Source of the DNA: a virus
Strand: one strand, 5' to 3'
Virus record (IMG/VR): IMGVR_UViG_3300002098_001673
Coordinates: 41,296-105,295 of that record
Length of the DNA: 64,000 bases
The notes below the pieces were generated by a model. It was not told where the DNA came from. It ran no database searches and saw nothing but the letters and a program-made list of their open reading frames with translations. The position numbers and the translations under genes were made by a program. Of the stretch, positions 10,381-19,925 are shown in pieces (position 1 is the first letter of the stretch; the number at the start of each line of letters is the position of its first letter).

Positions 10381-13300
10381 ATGAACAAAGAAATAAGTTT
10401 AGAATCGAAAGCTATGTCCATCCTTGAGACATATGATGGAGGTAATAATTATATATTTGAATTAAAAAGAAAATCTCAAATTAATAAAAAGTTTTATCCG
10501 ACAAGAAGTCAATCAGAATATATTATTAATTTTCATGATAAACCACCGAAAATTGCAAAGAAGTGGGTAATATTAGATTCGTATTTTGCACAAAAATTAG
10601 CTGACGATAAATTATATACAGAAATTCCACAAAAAATTTGGGTTGAAAAACTTTTAGCAGATAAAGAAAAATCTTATCATATTTGGGGAAAAGTATTTGA
10701 AACAGAACAACTTCATGATTTTTGGTTACCAAAGGCATCAATCATTAAAGATAACAGAGTAAAAGATGTTGTTATTAATTATGACAAATATTCAAATCGT
10801 CCACCACTACCGCATCAAAAAGAAGCGATTCAAAAGCTGGTTGAAAATAAAAAATTTATACTTGCTGACGATATGGGTTTGGGTAAAGGGATTACCAATA
10901 ACACACTGATTTACAATGAATTGGGAGTAAAAAAAATGGGTGAAATTGTGGTTGGAGATAGGGTTATTGGTTCCGATGGTAAAGCATATAATGTGAATGG
11001 TGTGTATCCTCAAGGAAAAAAAGAAACGTACAAAATCACGTTTAATGATGGATATTCCATAATAACGGATGACGTACATTTATGGTCGGTATCTTCACCC
11101 AATTATGGTGAAAATAGAAAAAACGAAAGACGAAAAAAATCTTTAACTCTATCTACTAAACAAATGTACGAAGGAGGTAAGATTATAATAAAAGGTGATG
11201 GTTATAATTCGGAAAAAAAATATGAAGTTGAAACTTTTTATAAATCACCAAACGGAAATAATAAATGGCAAATACCTATTGTTCAACCTATCCATTTCAA
11301 AAATAAATATGATTTACCAATTGACCCCTATTTGTTGGGACTATCGTTGGGTGACGGTTATTTTGATAAGTACAAGAATTGTCGCTTTACCGTTCACAAA
11401 AATGATTATGATGAATTATTTCAAAATTTTGATTTGAAAAAAATCAAAACAAGAGTCAATCAAAAAGGTGGATATATAAATTTTCAAAATAAATTAAATG
11501 ACTTAAAATTAAACAATACTAAAGCCCATAATAAATTTATACCTGATATATACAAATACACATCAATTGAAAATCGTCTTGCGATTTTACAAGGTTTAAT
11601 GGACACTGATGGTCACTGTATGATATCAAAAAACGGTAGTTTTAACGGAACCGAATTTTCAACAATTTCAGAAAAACTTTGTGATGATGTTTGTGAAATT
11701 GTACAAACATTGGGTGGAATAGCACGTAAAAAATCAAGACGTAGTTTCTACAAAAAAGATGGTAAACGAATTGAATGTAACATATCTTATCGAGTTAACA
11801 TTAAATTACCAAAGGGTATGAACCCATTTAAGTTAAAAAGAAAAGCAGATAGATATGTCGAACCAAAAAAATATCCAATCGGAAGATATATAACAAATAT
11901 TGAAAAATATGGGGAAGATGAATGTACTTGTATATCTGTGGATTCTCCAGATAAATTATATGTAGCCCAACATTGTATAGTAACACATAATACTACGTCA
12001 ACCATAATTGCCACTTTAGAAACAGGAGCAAAAAAAGTTCTGATTATATGTCCTGCAACACTTAAGATAAATTGGAAAAGAGAAATTGAAAACTATACAG
12101 ACAGAAGTATATTCATTGCGGAAGGTAAAAACTTTTCAACCGTTCACGATTTTGTTATAATAAATTATGATATCATAAAAAATTTTCACGAAACCAAAAA
12201 GAATGGTAAATCTTTAATTAACGATACAAATTTTGATTTAGTAATTTTAGATGAATGTTTTACATACGACACTAAAATTATGACCGAATCTGGTGAAAAA
12301 AATATTGGAGATATTGTAGAGAATGGATTAGATATTAAAATTTTAACATATAACCATAGAAATAAAATTTTGGAATATAAAAAAATAAATAGATGGATTA
12401 GAAAAAATAAAGACACTATTTACAAAATAAAACTCAACAACGGACTATTTTTAGAGTGTACTGATAATCATAAATTCTATGTAAATAATAAAGGATATGT
12501 TAGGGCAAACGAACTCACAACAACCGATGACTTGTATATGTTGTCAGAAATTACTAACGAAGAAACAGATTTGGAAAAAAACAAAATGTTGCTCAAAAAG
12601 TTGTGCATCTATAATAAGGAACAAAACTTCACCACAAAAAACAAAAGAATTGAAGTTTCACAAAAATTGTCCGGAATGTGGAATCCTAATGAGTTTTACA
12701 ACGGACATAAAAATGAAAAAGAAAACATATTGCTCTGTAAAATGTTCAAACAAAGTAAAATCAAAAAATCCAGAGGTAAGAGAAAAACGGAGAAAAACAA
12801 TAGAAAAAAATGGGGGGTGGTCAAAAATAATGAAAAATACTCATATGAAAAATCCTCATACGGCAAAATTTTCTTCTCAAAGGATGAAAAAAAACAACCC
12901 AATGAAAAATTTGGAGAGTTTAGAAAAAATGAGAGAAAAATTAAAAGGAAGAACCTTCTTATCAAGAGGAGGGAATGGGAAAATAACACCACAACAAGAA
13001 ATATTATTTCAAATGTTAGGGGAAGGATGGATAATGGAATTACCAATTCTAACAGAAAATGCAAAAATGTTATTCAAAAGTTTGCCACCATCATACAAAG
13101 TAGATATTGGAAACCCAAAACTAAAAATATCCATAGAAATAGATGGGAGAACGCACAAACAAAAAAAGTGGAAATTTTTGGACAAGAGAAAAACCAAAAT
13201 ATTAAATATGTTAGGGTGGAAAGTATTGAGATTTTGGAACGAGGAAGTTATGACAAATCCACAAAAATGCATTCAACAAATACAAGAGTGTATGATTTAG

Positions 13301-14337
13301 AAATTGAGGATAATCATAACTATTTTGCAAATAATATTTTAGTTAGTAATTGTCACTATATCAAAAATGTTACAGCGCAAAGAACAAAACTAATTAATGA
13401 TTTTGTAAAAAATATTGACAGGTTATGGTTATTGTCTGGTACACCAATGACATCAAGACCAATTGATTATTTTAATTTATTAAGTTTAGTTGATTCTCCT
13501 ACAGCAAAAAATTGGATGGCTTATGCAATTAGATATTGCCAAGGATATCAATTTAATGTTGGAGGTAGAAAAGTTTGGAATGTTGTCGGAGCCTCAAATT
13601 TAGAAGAATTGAGGGATAGAACCTCCCCAACAATCTTAAGAAGATTAAAAGAAGATGTTCTTGATTTGCCTGAAAAAATAATAACACCAATCTACCTTAG
13701 ATTAAAATCTAAAGAATATGAAGAAGTTATGGGTGAATATTATAATTGGTATGATAAAAATCCTGAAGAGTCAAAATCATTAACAGTTCAGTTTACCAAA
13801 TTAACAAAAATACGACAAATCATTGCCAATGAAAAAATAGAACATACAATTGAGCTTGCTGAAAATATTATTGAACAAGGAAAAAAAGTAATCATATTTT
13901 GTAACTTTACAGAATCTTTAGAAAAGATAACACAACACTTTGGTAAGAGTGCTGTTAAGTTAAATGGAACAATGTCAAAGGTAGAGAAACAAAACAGCGT
14001 TGACCAATTTCAAGAAAATGAAAAAATAAAAGTATTTGTTGGTAACATTAAAGCGGCAGGTGTTGGTATTACATTAACTGCTGCTGAAGCTGTTATAATG
14101 AATGATTTATCTTTTTTACCTTCAGACCATTCACAAGCAGAAGACCGTAGTTATAGGTATGGTCAAAAAAATAATGTTTTAGTATATTATCCAATATTTG
14201 AAAATACAATTGAAGGGATAATATATGATATATTGAATAATAAAAAACAAGTGATTGCAACAGTAATGGGGGATAATCAAAATTCTGCAAATGCTGCTGA
14301 AGAAATACTACAAAGAATTAATGAATTAAGGCAATAA
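10381..14337 (+). CDS. SNF2-family helicase/ATPase interrupted by two inteins (about 585 aa after splicing)
   Basis: Motif I LADDMGLGK|T, Ia LIICPATL, II ILDE|CH, III LSGTP, V AAGVGITL, VI QAEDRSYRYGQ. Confidence 0.95.
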   Translation: MNKEISLESKAMSILETYDGGNNYIFELKRKSQINKKFYPTRSQSEYIINFHDKPPKIAKKWVILDSYFAQKLADDKLYTEIPQKIWVEKLLADKEKSYHIWGKVFETEQLHDFWLPKASIIKDNRVKDVVINYDKYSNRPPLPHQKEAIQKLVENKKFILADDMGLGKGITNNTLIYNELGVKKMGEIVVGDRVIGSDGKAYNVNGVYPQGKKETYKITFNDGYSIITDDVHLWSVSSPNYGENRKNERRKKSLTLSTKQMYEGGKIIIKGDGYNSEKKYEVETFYKSPNGNNKWQIPIVQPIHFKNKYDLPIDPYLLGLSLGDGYFDKYKNCRFTVHKNDYDELFQNFDLKKIKTRVNQKGGYINFQNKLNDLKLNNTKAHNKFIPDIYKYTSIENRLAILQGLMDTDGHCMISKNGSFNGTEFSTISEKLCDDVCEIVQTLGGIARKKSRRSFYKKDGKRIECNISYRVNIKLPKGMNPFKLKRKADRYVEPKKYPIGRYITNIEKYGEDECTCISVDSPDKLYVAQHCIVTHNTTSTIIATLETGAKKVLIICPATLKINWKREIENYTDRSIFIAEGKNFSTVHDFVIINYDIIKNFHETKKNGKSLINDTNFDLVILDECFTYDTKIMTESGEKNIGDIVENGLDIKILTYNHRNKILEYKKINRWIRKNKDTIYKIKLNNGLFLECTDNHKFYVNNKGYVRANELTTTDDLYMLSEITNEETDLEKNKMLLKKLCIYNKEQNFTTKNKRIEVSQKLSGMWNPNEFYNGHKNEKENILLCKMFKQSKIKKSRGKRKTEKNNRKKWGVVKNNEKYSYEKSSYGKIFFSKDEKKQPNEKFGEFRKNERKIKRKNLLIKRREWENNTTTRNIISNVRGRMDNGITNSNRKCKNVIQKFATIIQSRYWKPKTKNIHRNRWENAQTKKVEIFGQEKNQNIKYVRVESIEILERGSYDKSTKMHSTNTRVYDLEIEDNHNYFANNILVSNCHYIKNVTAQRTKLINDFVKNIDRLWLLSGTPMTSRPIDYFNLLSLVDSPTAKNWMAYAIRYCQGYQFNVGGRKVWNVVGASNLEELRDRTSPTILRRLKEDVLDLPEKIITPIYLRLKSKEYEEVMGEYYNWYDKNPEESKSLTVQFTKLTKIRQIIANEKIEHTIELAENIIEQGKKVIIFCNFTESLEKITQHFGKSAVKLNGTMSKVEKQNSVDQFQENEKIKVFVGNIKAAGVGITLTAAEAVIMNDLSFLPSDHSQAEDRSYRYGQKNNVLVYYPIFENTIEGIIYDILNNKKQVIATVMGDNQNSANAAEEILQRINELRQ
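10888..11991 (+). mobile_element. Intein 1 (368 aa), class 3-type with LAGLIDADG homing endonuclease
   Basis: Inserted in Walker A GK|T; starts with Gly, ends VTHN before Thr; block B HLW, block F CTCISV; LAGLIDADG motifs LLGLSLGDG and LQGLMDTDG. Confidence 0.9.
12256..13350 (+). mobile_element. Intein 2 (365 aa) with out-of-frame nested endonuclease gene
   Basis: Inserted in DE|CH; starts CFTYDTKI, block B CTDNHKF, block F VYDLEIEDNHNYFAN, ends LVSN before Cys. Confidence 0.9.
12497..13300 (+). CDS. Zn-finger + DUF559/Vsr-like endonuclease nested in the +1 frame of intein 2 (start may be 12527)
   Basis: Two CxxC...CSxxC modules, basic NP-containing repeats, then YKVDI...IEIDGRTH...D.RKTKIL..LGWKVLRFWNEEV; own ATG and TAG. 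Confidence 0.85.
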   Translation: MLGQTNSQQPMTCICCQKLLTKKQIWKKTKCCSKSCASIIRNKTSPQKTKELKFHKNCPECGILMSFTTDIKMKKKTYCSVKCSNKVKSKNPEVREKRRKTIEKNGGWSKIMKNTHMKNPHTAKFSSQRMKKNNPMKNLESLEKMREKLKGRTFLSRGGNGKITPQQEILFQMLGEGWIMELPILTENAKMLFKSLPPSYKVDIGNPKLKISIEIDGRTHKQKKWKFLDKRKTKILNMLGWKVLRFWNEEVMTNPQKCIQQIQECMI

Positions 14338-14401
14338 TATTTATGTTATTATCAATATGTGAAATAGAATATGATTGATGATATTTATTATAAAAAAGGA
14401 T

Positions 14402-15520
14402 ATGCCTGTAATACCAGAACCAGAAAGGTCGAAAATATATACAAGAGTCAAACATTTATTAGGTGCTCCATTAAGAAGTGTTGAAATTGAAGATGAGATG
14501 ATGGATTCTTTAATGGAACTTTCTATTCAAGATTATGAACAATATACTTTAGATTGGCTTATTGAAAGTCAATGGGTTAACTTAGTTAACTTAAATATGT
14601 CAGAAAAATCTGTGGCAAAAGCTTTAATAACAAGAACTATGGATTTTGAACAACAATTTGCTTATTCATATTCAAAAATTGTTGGATTACAAACTATGGG
14701 TCCTTGGGTTTTGAAAAAAGATTATTTTATATTAAGTGCCAATACACAAAATTACGAAATTCCTGCTGGTAGAGAAATAAATGAACTTCTTTGGTTTAGT
14801 AACCAAGCATTTAGTGCTTTTGGATTAGGAGGAATTGGTGGATTTGGTTTTGGTGGTATCGGATTAGGTGCAAGTGAAGCTGGATATGCTCAAATGGGAT
14901 ATCAAGGTTCTTATTTTATGATGTCAGGTTTTGATTACTTAATAAGAATGCAAGAAGCAAATATTTTGAATAGAATTTTAGGTGGTTCATTAACATATAG
15001 AATAACAGGATTACCTGATGGTAAGAAAAACATTATGTTATATAATACACCAGGTGGAAAATTCAATTGGGGCAATTATAGTTTATATGAAGGAAAAGTA
15101 GTTTGGTATTGGTATTATGATGTAGGTCCTGATGATAGAGCGGCGTGTTTAAAAGAAAATAAAGATGTAATAAAATTACCTTCAGATGTACCTCTTGAAG
15201 AATTAAATTGGATTGATTTAAATGTTCCGGCACAACAATGGGTAAGAAGATGGTTTACTGCATACGTTAAAGAAACATTGGGTAGAGTACGAGGAAAATA
15301 TAGCGGTAATTTAAAAACACCTGATTCTGAAATCACAATGGATTATACAAGTCTTTTAACCGAAGGTAAAGATGAAAAATCAAAATTAGAAGAAGAATTA
15401 AAACTACGATTAGAAAGATTAAGACCTGAAAAACAAATGGAAAAAGAAGCATCGATTGCTGAAAACTTAAATAAACAAATGAAGTTTAGAGCCTTTCCAA
15501 GACAAATATATGTAATATAA
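14402..15520 (+). CDS. Neck/head-tail adaptor protein (gp13-like)
   Basis: LLGAPLRSVEI N-terminal motif; WVRRW...KETLGRVRGKY; probable start 14402. Confidence 0.7.
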   Translation: MPVIPEPERSKIYTRVKHLLGAPLRSVEIEDEMMDSLMELSIQDYEQYTLDWLIESQWVNLVNLNMSEKSVAKALITRTMDFEQQFAYSYSKIVGLQTMGPWVLKKDYFILSANTQNYEIPAGREINELLWFSNQAFSAFGLGGIGGFGFGGIGLGASEAGYAQMGYQGSYFMMSGFDYLIRMQEANILNRILGGSLTYRITGLPDGKKNIMLYNTPGGKFNWGNYSLYEGKVVWYWYYDVGPDDRAACLKENKDVIKLPSDVPLEELNWIDLNVPAQQWVRRWFTAYVKETLGRVRGKYSGNLKTPDSEITMDYTSLLTEGKDEKSKLEEELKLRLERLRPEKQMEKEASIAENLNKQMKFRAFPRQIYVI

Positions 15521-15527
15521 TTATATT

Positions 15528-15863
15528 ATGGCAATAATAAGAACAATACCCTCTCAAAAAATTATTAATGGAGATATTATTAATACTTCAGAAGTATCTT
15601 TAATATCTGAATTAGAATATAGTACAAATGGTGAAGATTGTATTATAATTATGGGAGTATCAGAATCAATCATTACTTTAAATTCAAAAACAACAGACCA
15701 TATTGTTGTTAAATCAATGATTAAAACAACAATAAAACCTGATTTTGGTAAAATTGATGAAGATTATGATGAAATACTATTAGATAGATATGCTTGTGTT
15801 GAATTTAGATTCTGTGGTGGTAATTGGTATATTTTAAGTTCCGACGGGTTGAAGCAATCTTAA
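15528..15863 (+). CDS. Hypothetical (beta-rich, probable virion) protein
   Basis: Clean ORF ending GGNWYILS, typical of fibre-associated small domains. Confidence 0.5.
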   Translation: MAIIRTIPSQKIINGDIINTSEVSLISELEYSTNGEDCIIIMGVSESIITLNSKTTDHIVVKSMIKTTIKPDFGKIDEDYDEILLDRYACVEFRFCGGNWYILSSDGLKQS

Positions 15864-18626
15864 TTTATCTTCCCACCCTTCTTCGGCTAATTTATACATA
15901 TAATCCGATTCGATACCTCTTTTTTCCCAATAAGATACTTCTCCCTCAGATAACATCATAACATCTTCTAATTTATCCTGAGAACCTTCATCTAATGGAT
16001 GTCCATTAATAAGTTCACATTGTGATGTTGTAAATAATCCTCTTTCTGCTGGGTCAGTAACAATTAAACCGTTTCTAACCTCATCTTTAAATACAACCAT
16101 TAATGGTTCAATTCTTTTATTGAATGTTGCAACAGCTCTCGGTACATTATAATCCCCTGTTAAATTAGGGTCATTTTCTAAGATATCTTTATCCAACATA
16201 TAACAATTAATCATAACTCCATCAGATATTGGTTTGGATTTAGGATTATTAATTAAATTTACTGAATTTGTATCTTTTATTTGTTTTACGGTCATCTTCT
16301 GAACATCTCCTTGAGATGCCTTATTTCCATTATTAACATACATAATAACGTCTCCCAAATTAACATTTATATTATTTTGTATTGCAAGTTCCATATGAGC
16401 CATTCTACTCATACTATTACCAGATTTAGTTTTGGTATTCAATCGTTTTTTATAATCTTCAAGAGTTAATTTAACCTTAGCTCTCTGAGCAATTTTACTT
16501 AATGGTATTTTCTTATCAAATATTATTTGTAGATATTCATAATAATATTCCACAAAAGATTTGCCATCGCCTTGTAATAAAAACTTAATTCCAATATCCA
16601 AAAATTCTTCAATATATAATGGAAGTTTTTTTGATTTAATACTATTACCGGTTAGTTTAATCTTACCCTTAGCATCCATAACTGCATAATTCTTACGAGC
16701 TAAATTTATACATGATGGCCAAACTCCATCAGTATCAAGAGCCATCTCACCTCTCATAAAAATATCATTATATTCTGCTACATCAGCCTCAGGACCAGTG
16801 TATTCTAAACCCTCTTTAACCTTCCAATTTAGACCTCTACCAATATATTTATGTGTATCTACGTCATCAGGAGATGAGAAGTTTACACCATCCGTATCCA
16901 TTACCAGAGGGGTATATCCACGAGACATAAAGAACTTAATCATTTGACGAAGATATTGTCGACCTGTACATGTTATTTGTTCACCCATAAACATATCACC
17001 CCAAGCATAAACTTGTGGGGCTGATAAAGCTCCGAACATTGAGTTAATGAATATTTTAATCGGTAATTGTTTATTTCCGTATGACGCAGATTTTTCAGGG
17101 TCAGTAGTATAATACTTTTCGGCAAGTTCTTTATACTTAATACGAGTATCACGAAAATATTTTAACATTCCTTTCATTGCGCCTGTCACATCACATTCTG
17201 GAAATACATCATGAACCAATTGAATTGATGGGTACAGGGAACTAAAGTCAAGTTTTAAAACATTCTTTGAATATCCTACTTTTAATAGTCGAGATAAACC
17301 ACCGACAAAATCAGTTTTACCTTGTTTGGCAGGAATTGCCAAATTATGTTTATATGACCAAGCCAACATTAACATTTTCCATAATGTTGCGGTTCCCATT
17401 GTCGATACTCTTTCATATGTTGTTGGAATCATTGATGCCAATAAGAATGATGCTTGATTAAATTCATGGTCAACTTTTAGAGTTTCATCCAAGTCATCCT
17501 CAAGGTACATCTCAACCAATTTATCGCCTGTTATTTTTTTATAGATACCAGGAAATCGTATATCCAAATCAGCATATTCTGTAGCCTTTTTATAATTACC
17601 ATTTTTTACGTTTAACCAATATTCATCTTTATTCTTATACATTTTACCAATGTTCTCATGTTCAATATAAACTCGGTCAGTAGATTCCGCCTTAATATAT
17701 TTTGTAATATATTTTAATCCGGCGCTTTTAATACTTGAATTAATTGCTTGAGCTCTACGAACAGCGTGAATAATATCAATACTATTATAACCCCATATTG
17801 ATGTTTGAACAAAACTTTCGACCTCATTTGCAAGTTTTAACATACTATCCTTCCTTGTGAACGAATGTTGGGGGTGCAAGGACTTACAAATCTTTTTAGC
17901 GTCAATCTTTAAAATTCTACACCTTTCAAATATCCAATGCCAATCAAAATTTGCGGAATTATAACCTGCAATAATACTTGGCTTTAACTCATCAATAACT
18001 TTAAAGAATTCTATAATTGCATTTTTTTCTTGGTCCTCATCAATACACTCAATAACTCTATGATATCCTTTATTAGTTTTTATTCCAATCATGAATATAT
18101 TACCATTTTCAGGTTCTAATGACGTTGTCTCCAAGTCAAATACAAGTCTGGTTATTTGATTGTAATCTTCAAATCCTTTAAATAATCTTTTTTCTCGCGC
18201 AATTAAATATTGTTCTACAGGAGGTAGAATTATAATCTTATCTTTTGACTTATCACCCCAAGGGTCACATCCACCGTCTCTAAAAAATTGAATTAATTCT
18301 CTATAACCTTTTAATGATTTAACCATAAAAGTCATACCGTTATTAAGCCTTTCATTATTATGGGTATCTAATTTCTCAATCATAATACCATACTTAGTCA
18401 TGGCTTCTTTCTGAACTGATTTAGAGTCGTTATAGAATTTTAATCCACGTAAATCACCAACCCAAGCAAATGGGATAAATGTATCTTTTCTAATTTCTTT
18501 TCCTTTACCAGGGATTTCTTTGATTTTGTAAATTGAATTAGATAAGTAGTCAAATTCGATTGCTACTATAAATTCTTCGGGGTCATTACCTAATAGGAAT
18601 GATTCAATCTCTTCGTTAGATATCAT
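15834..18626 (-). CDS. polB: DNA polymerase, family B
   Basis: ExoI FDLETT, ExoII YNSANFDW, LDFSSLYPSI, KIFINSMFG, MDTDG. Confidence 0.93.
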   Translation of the reverse strand: MISNEEIESFLLGNDPEEFIVAIEFDYLSNSIYKIKEIPGKGKEIRKDTFIPFAWVGDLRGLKFYNDSKSVQKEAMTKYGIMIEKLDTHNNERLNNGMTFMVKSLKGYRELIQFFRDGGCDPWGDKSKDKIIILPPVEQYLIAREKRLFKGFEDYNQITRLVFDLETTSLEPENGNIFMIGIKTNKGYHRVIECIDEDQEKNAIIEFFKVIDELKPSIIAGYNSANFDWHWIFERCRILKIDAKKICKSLHPQHSFTRKDSMLKLANEVESFVQTSIWGYNSIDIIHAVRRAQAINSSIKSAGLKYITKYIKAESTDRVYIEHENIGKMYKNKDEYWLNVKNGNYKKATEYADLDIRFPGIYKKITGDKLVEMYLEDDLDETLKVDHEFNQASFLLASMIPTTYERVSTMGTATLWKMLMLAWSYKHNLAIPAKQGKTDFVGGLSRLLKVGYSKNVLKLDFSSLYPSIQLVHDVFPECDVTGAMKGMLKYFRDTRIKYKELAEKYYTTDPEKSASYGNKQLPIKIFINSMFGALSAPQVYAWGDMFMGEQITCTGRQYLRQMIKFFMSRGYTPLVMDTDGVNFSSPDDVDTHKYIGRGLNWKVKEGLEYTGPEADVAEYNDIFMRGEMALDTDGVWPSCINLARKNYAVMDAKGKIKLTGNSIKSKKLPLYIEEFLDIGIKFLLQGDGKSFVEYYYEYLQIIFDKKIPLSKIAQRAKVKLTLEDYKKRLNTKTKSGNSMSRMAHMELAIQNNINVNLGDVIMYVNNGNKASQGDVQKMTVKQIKDTNSVNLINNPKSKPISDGVMINCYMLDKDILENDPNLTGDYNVPRAVATFNKRIEPLMVVFKDEVRNGLIVTDPAERGLFTTSQCELINGHPLDEGSQDKLEDVMMLSEGEVSYWEKRGIESDYMYKLAEEGWEDKLRLLQPVGT

Positions 18627-18717
18627 AATATTTTATTTAAAATGGTTCATTAGCTTTCATATTATAATGAAGTTAACCTTATTAAATAAATATAAAAAAT
18701 GATTTTGATTAATCAAA

Positions 18718-19095
18718 TTAACAACAAGCCGTTTCAGAAATAAATGAATCTTGAATGTTAATATATAATTCTTCTCTTAATGGTAAAATAAGATTACCCT
18801 CATCATTTTTAATTAAAAATTGACCTTGATATCTGCCAGGAGTATTTGTATCTCTACTTGTAAATTTAAAATATATATAATATTCGGTCGTTGAGCCTTC
18901 GGGTAAAATTAATCCAACAATATCTGCAGGGGCTGAAACAATTTTAGGTATTCCGGTTTGAACATCAATCATTGAAAAATAAATTGATGATATTATCAAA
19001 TCATTCATAAATTGGTCATATCCACTTCTACCGTCACGAACTATTTGCATCTTAAGAACTGGAAGTGTCGCTCCCTTTTTTATAAAAAATTCCAT
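18718..19095 (-). CDS. BppU N-terminal-like Ig-fold virion protein
   Basis: FFIKKGATLPVL...DTNTPGRYQGQF...LILP pattern. Confidence 0.5.
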   Translation of the reverse strand: MEFFIKKGATLPVLKMQIVRDGRSGYDQFMNDLIISSIYFSMIDVQTGIPKIVSAPADIVGLILPEGSTTEYYIYFKFTSRDTNTPGRYQGQFLIKNDEGNLILPLREELYINIQDSFISETACC

Positions 19096-19174
19096 ATTTT
19101 GTTTATTAATAAATATGTTGTATATTTATTTAGATAAAGTGAAACTTTAATTAATTATTAGATATTTATATTAT

Positions 19175-19330
19175 ATGGCAAGACCAAAAAAATTAGAAAA
19201 AGACCGAAAAGTAAAATTTGGTATTAGTTTAGATAGAGAACTATTTGATAGGATGGTTAAAGAAAAAACTAAAAAATCAACATTATTAAACAAACTATTA
19301 AAATCGTATTATGAAAAAAAAGATTTGTAG
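19175..19330 (+). CDS. Small RHH-like DNA-binding protein (not in ORF track)
   Basis: MARPKKLEKDRKVKFGISLDRELFDRMVKEKTKKSTLLNKLLKSYYEKKDL*; overlaps the start of the HNH gene. Confidence 0.6.
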   Translation: MARPKKLEKDRKVKFGISLDRELFDRMVKEKTKKSTLLNKLLKSYYEKKDL

Positions 19331-19925
19331 TAAGTGTAAGGTAGAGAAAGATGTTTGTGAGTTTTATAAACACAGTAAAAAACCAAACATTTATAGATGT
19401 CAATGTAAGAAATGTATGAATGAATTTTCTTTTGATTATAAGAAAAAAAATGCAAAAATAATTTCTAAAAAGGGAAAACAATTTAGGTTAGAAAATCCTG
19501 AGATTAACAAAGAAAAATGTCGGATTTATAAAAAAAATAATCCTGACCATTTTAAAAAATGGGTAGATAAAAATAAAGAACGCAGAAAAAAATATATAAA
19601 TGAGTACAATTCAGACCCAAAAAATAAAATTAAAAATTCTTTGAGGTCTAGAATAAATCAATTACTTAATAAAAAATATAAAAATCCGAGAACACTTGAA
19701 CTTGTTGGTTGTGATTACGAATTTTTAATAAAATATATTGAAAATAAATTTACCGAAGGTATGTCTTGGGATAATTATGGTTATTATGGATGGCATATTG
19801 ACCACATAATACCCGTCTCATCTGTTAAAACAGAAGAAGATATTTACAAACTTTACCATTATACAAATCTTCAACCACTATGGGCCAAAGATAATCTTAT
19901 AAAAAGTGATAAGATTTTAGTTTAA
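19311..19925 (+). CDS. Free-standing HNH homing endonuclease
   Basis: N-terminal CSKC...CKKC; WHIDHIIP...HYTNLQPLWAKDNLIKSDK; opposite strand to flanking genes. Confidence 0.85.
   Translation: MKKKICSKCKVEKDVCEFYKHSKKPNIYRCQCKKCMNEFSFDYKKKNAKIISKKGKQFRLENPEINKEKCRIYKKNNPDHFKKWVDKNKERRKKYINEYNSDPKNKIKNSLRSRINQLLNKKYKNPRTLELVGCDYEFLIKYIENKFTEGMSWDNYGYYGWHIDHIIPVSSVKTEEDIYKLYHYTNLQPLWAKDNLIKSDKILV

Noticed and set aside
12186-13272. Minus-strand ORFs 12186..12416, 12696..13064 and 13009..13272
   Set aside because: Phe/Leu-rich antisense shadows of A-rich coding sequence, with no motifs
12497-13300. Double frameshift sequencing error as the cause of the off-frame nuclease
   Set aside because: Both frames are stop-free across the whole overlap and both carry recognisable motifs on the same bases near the 3' end; still worth a read check
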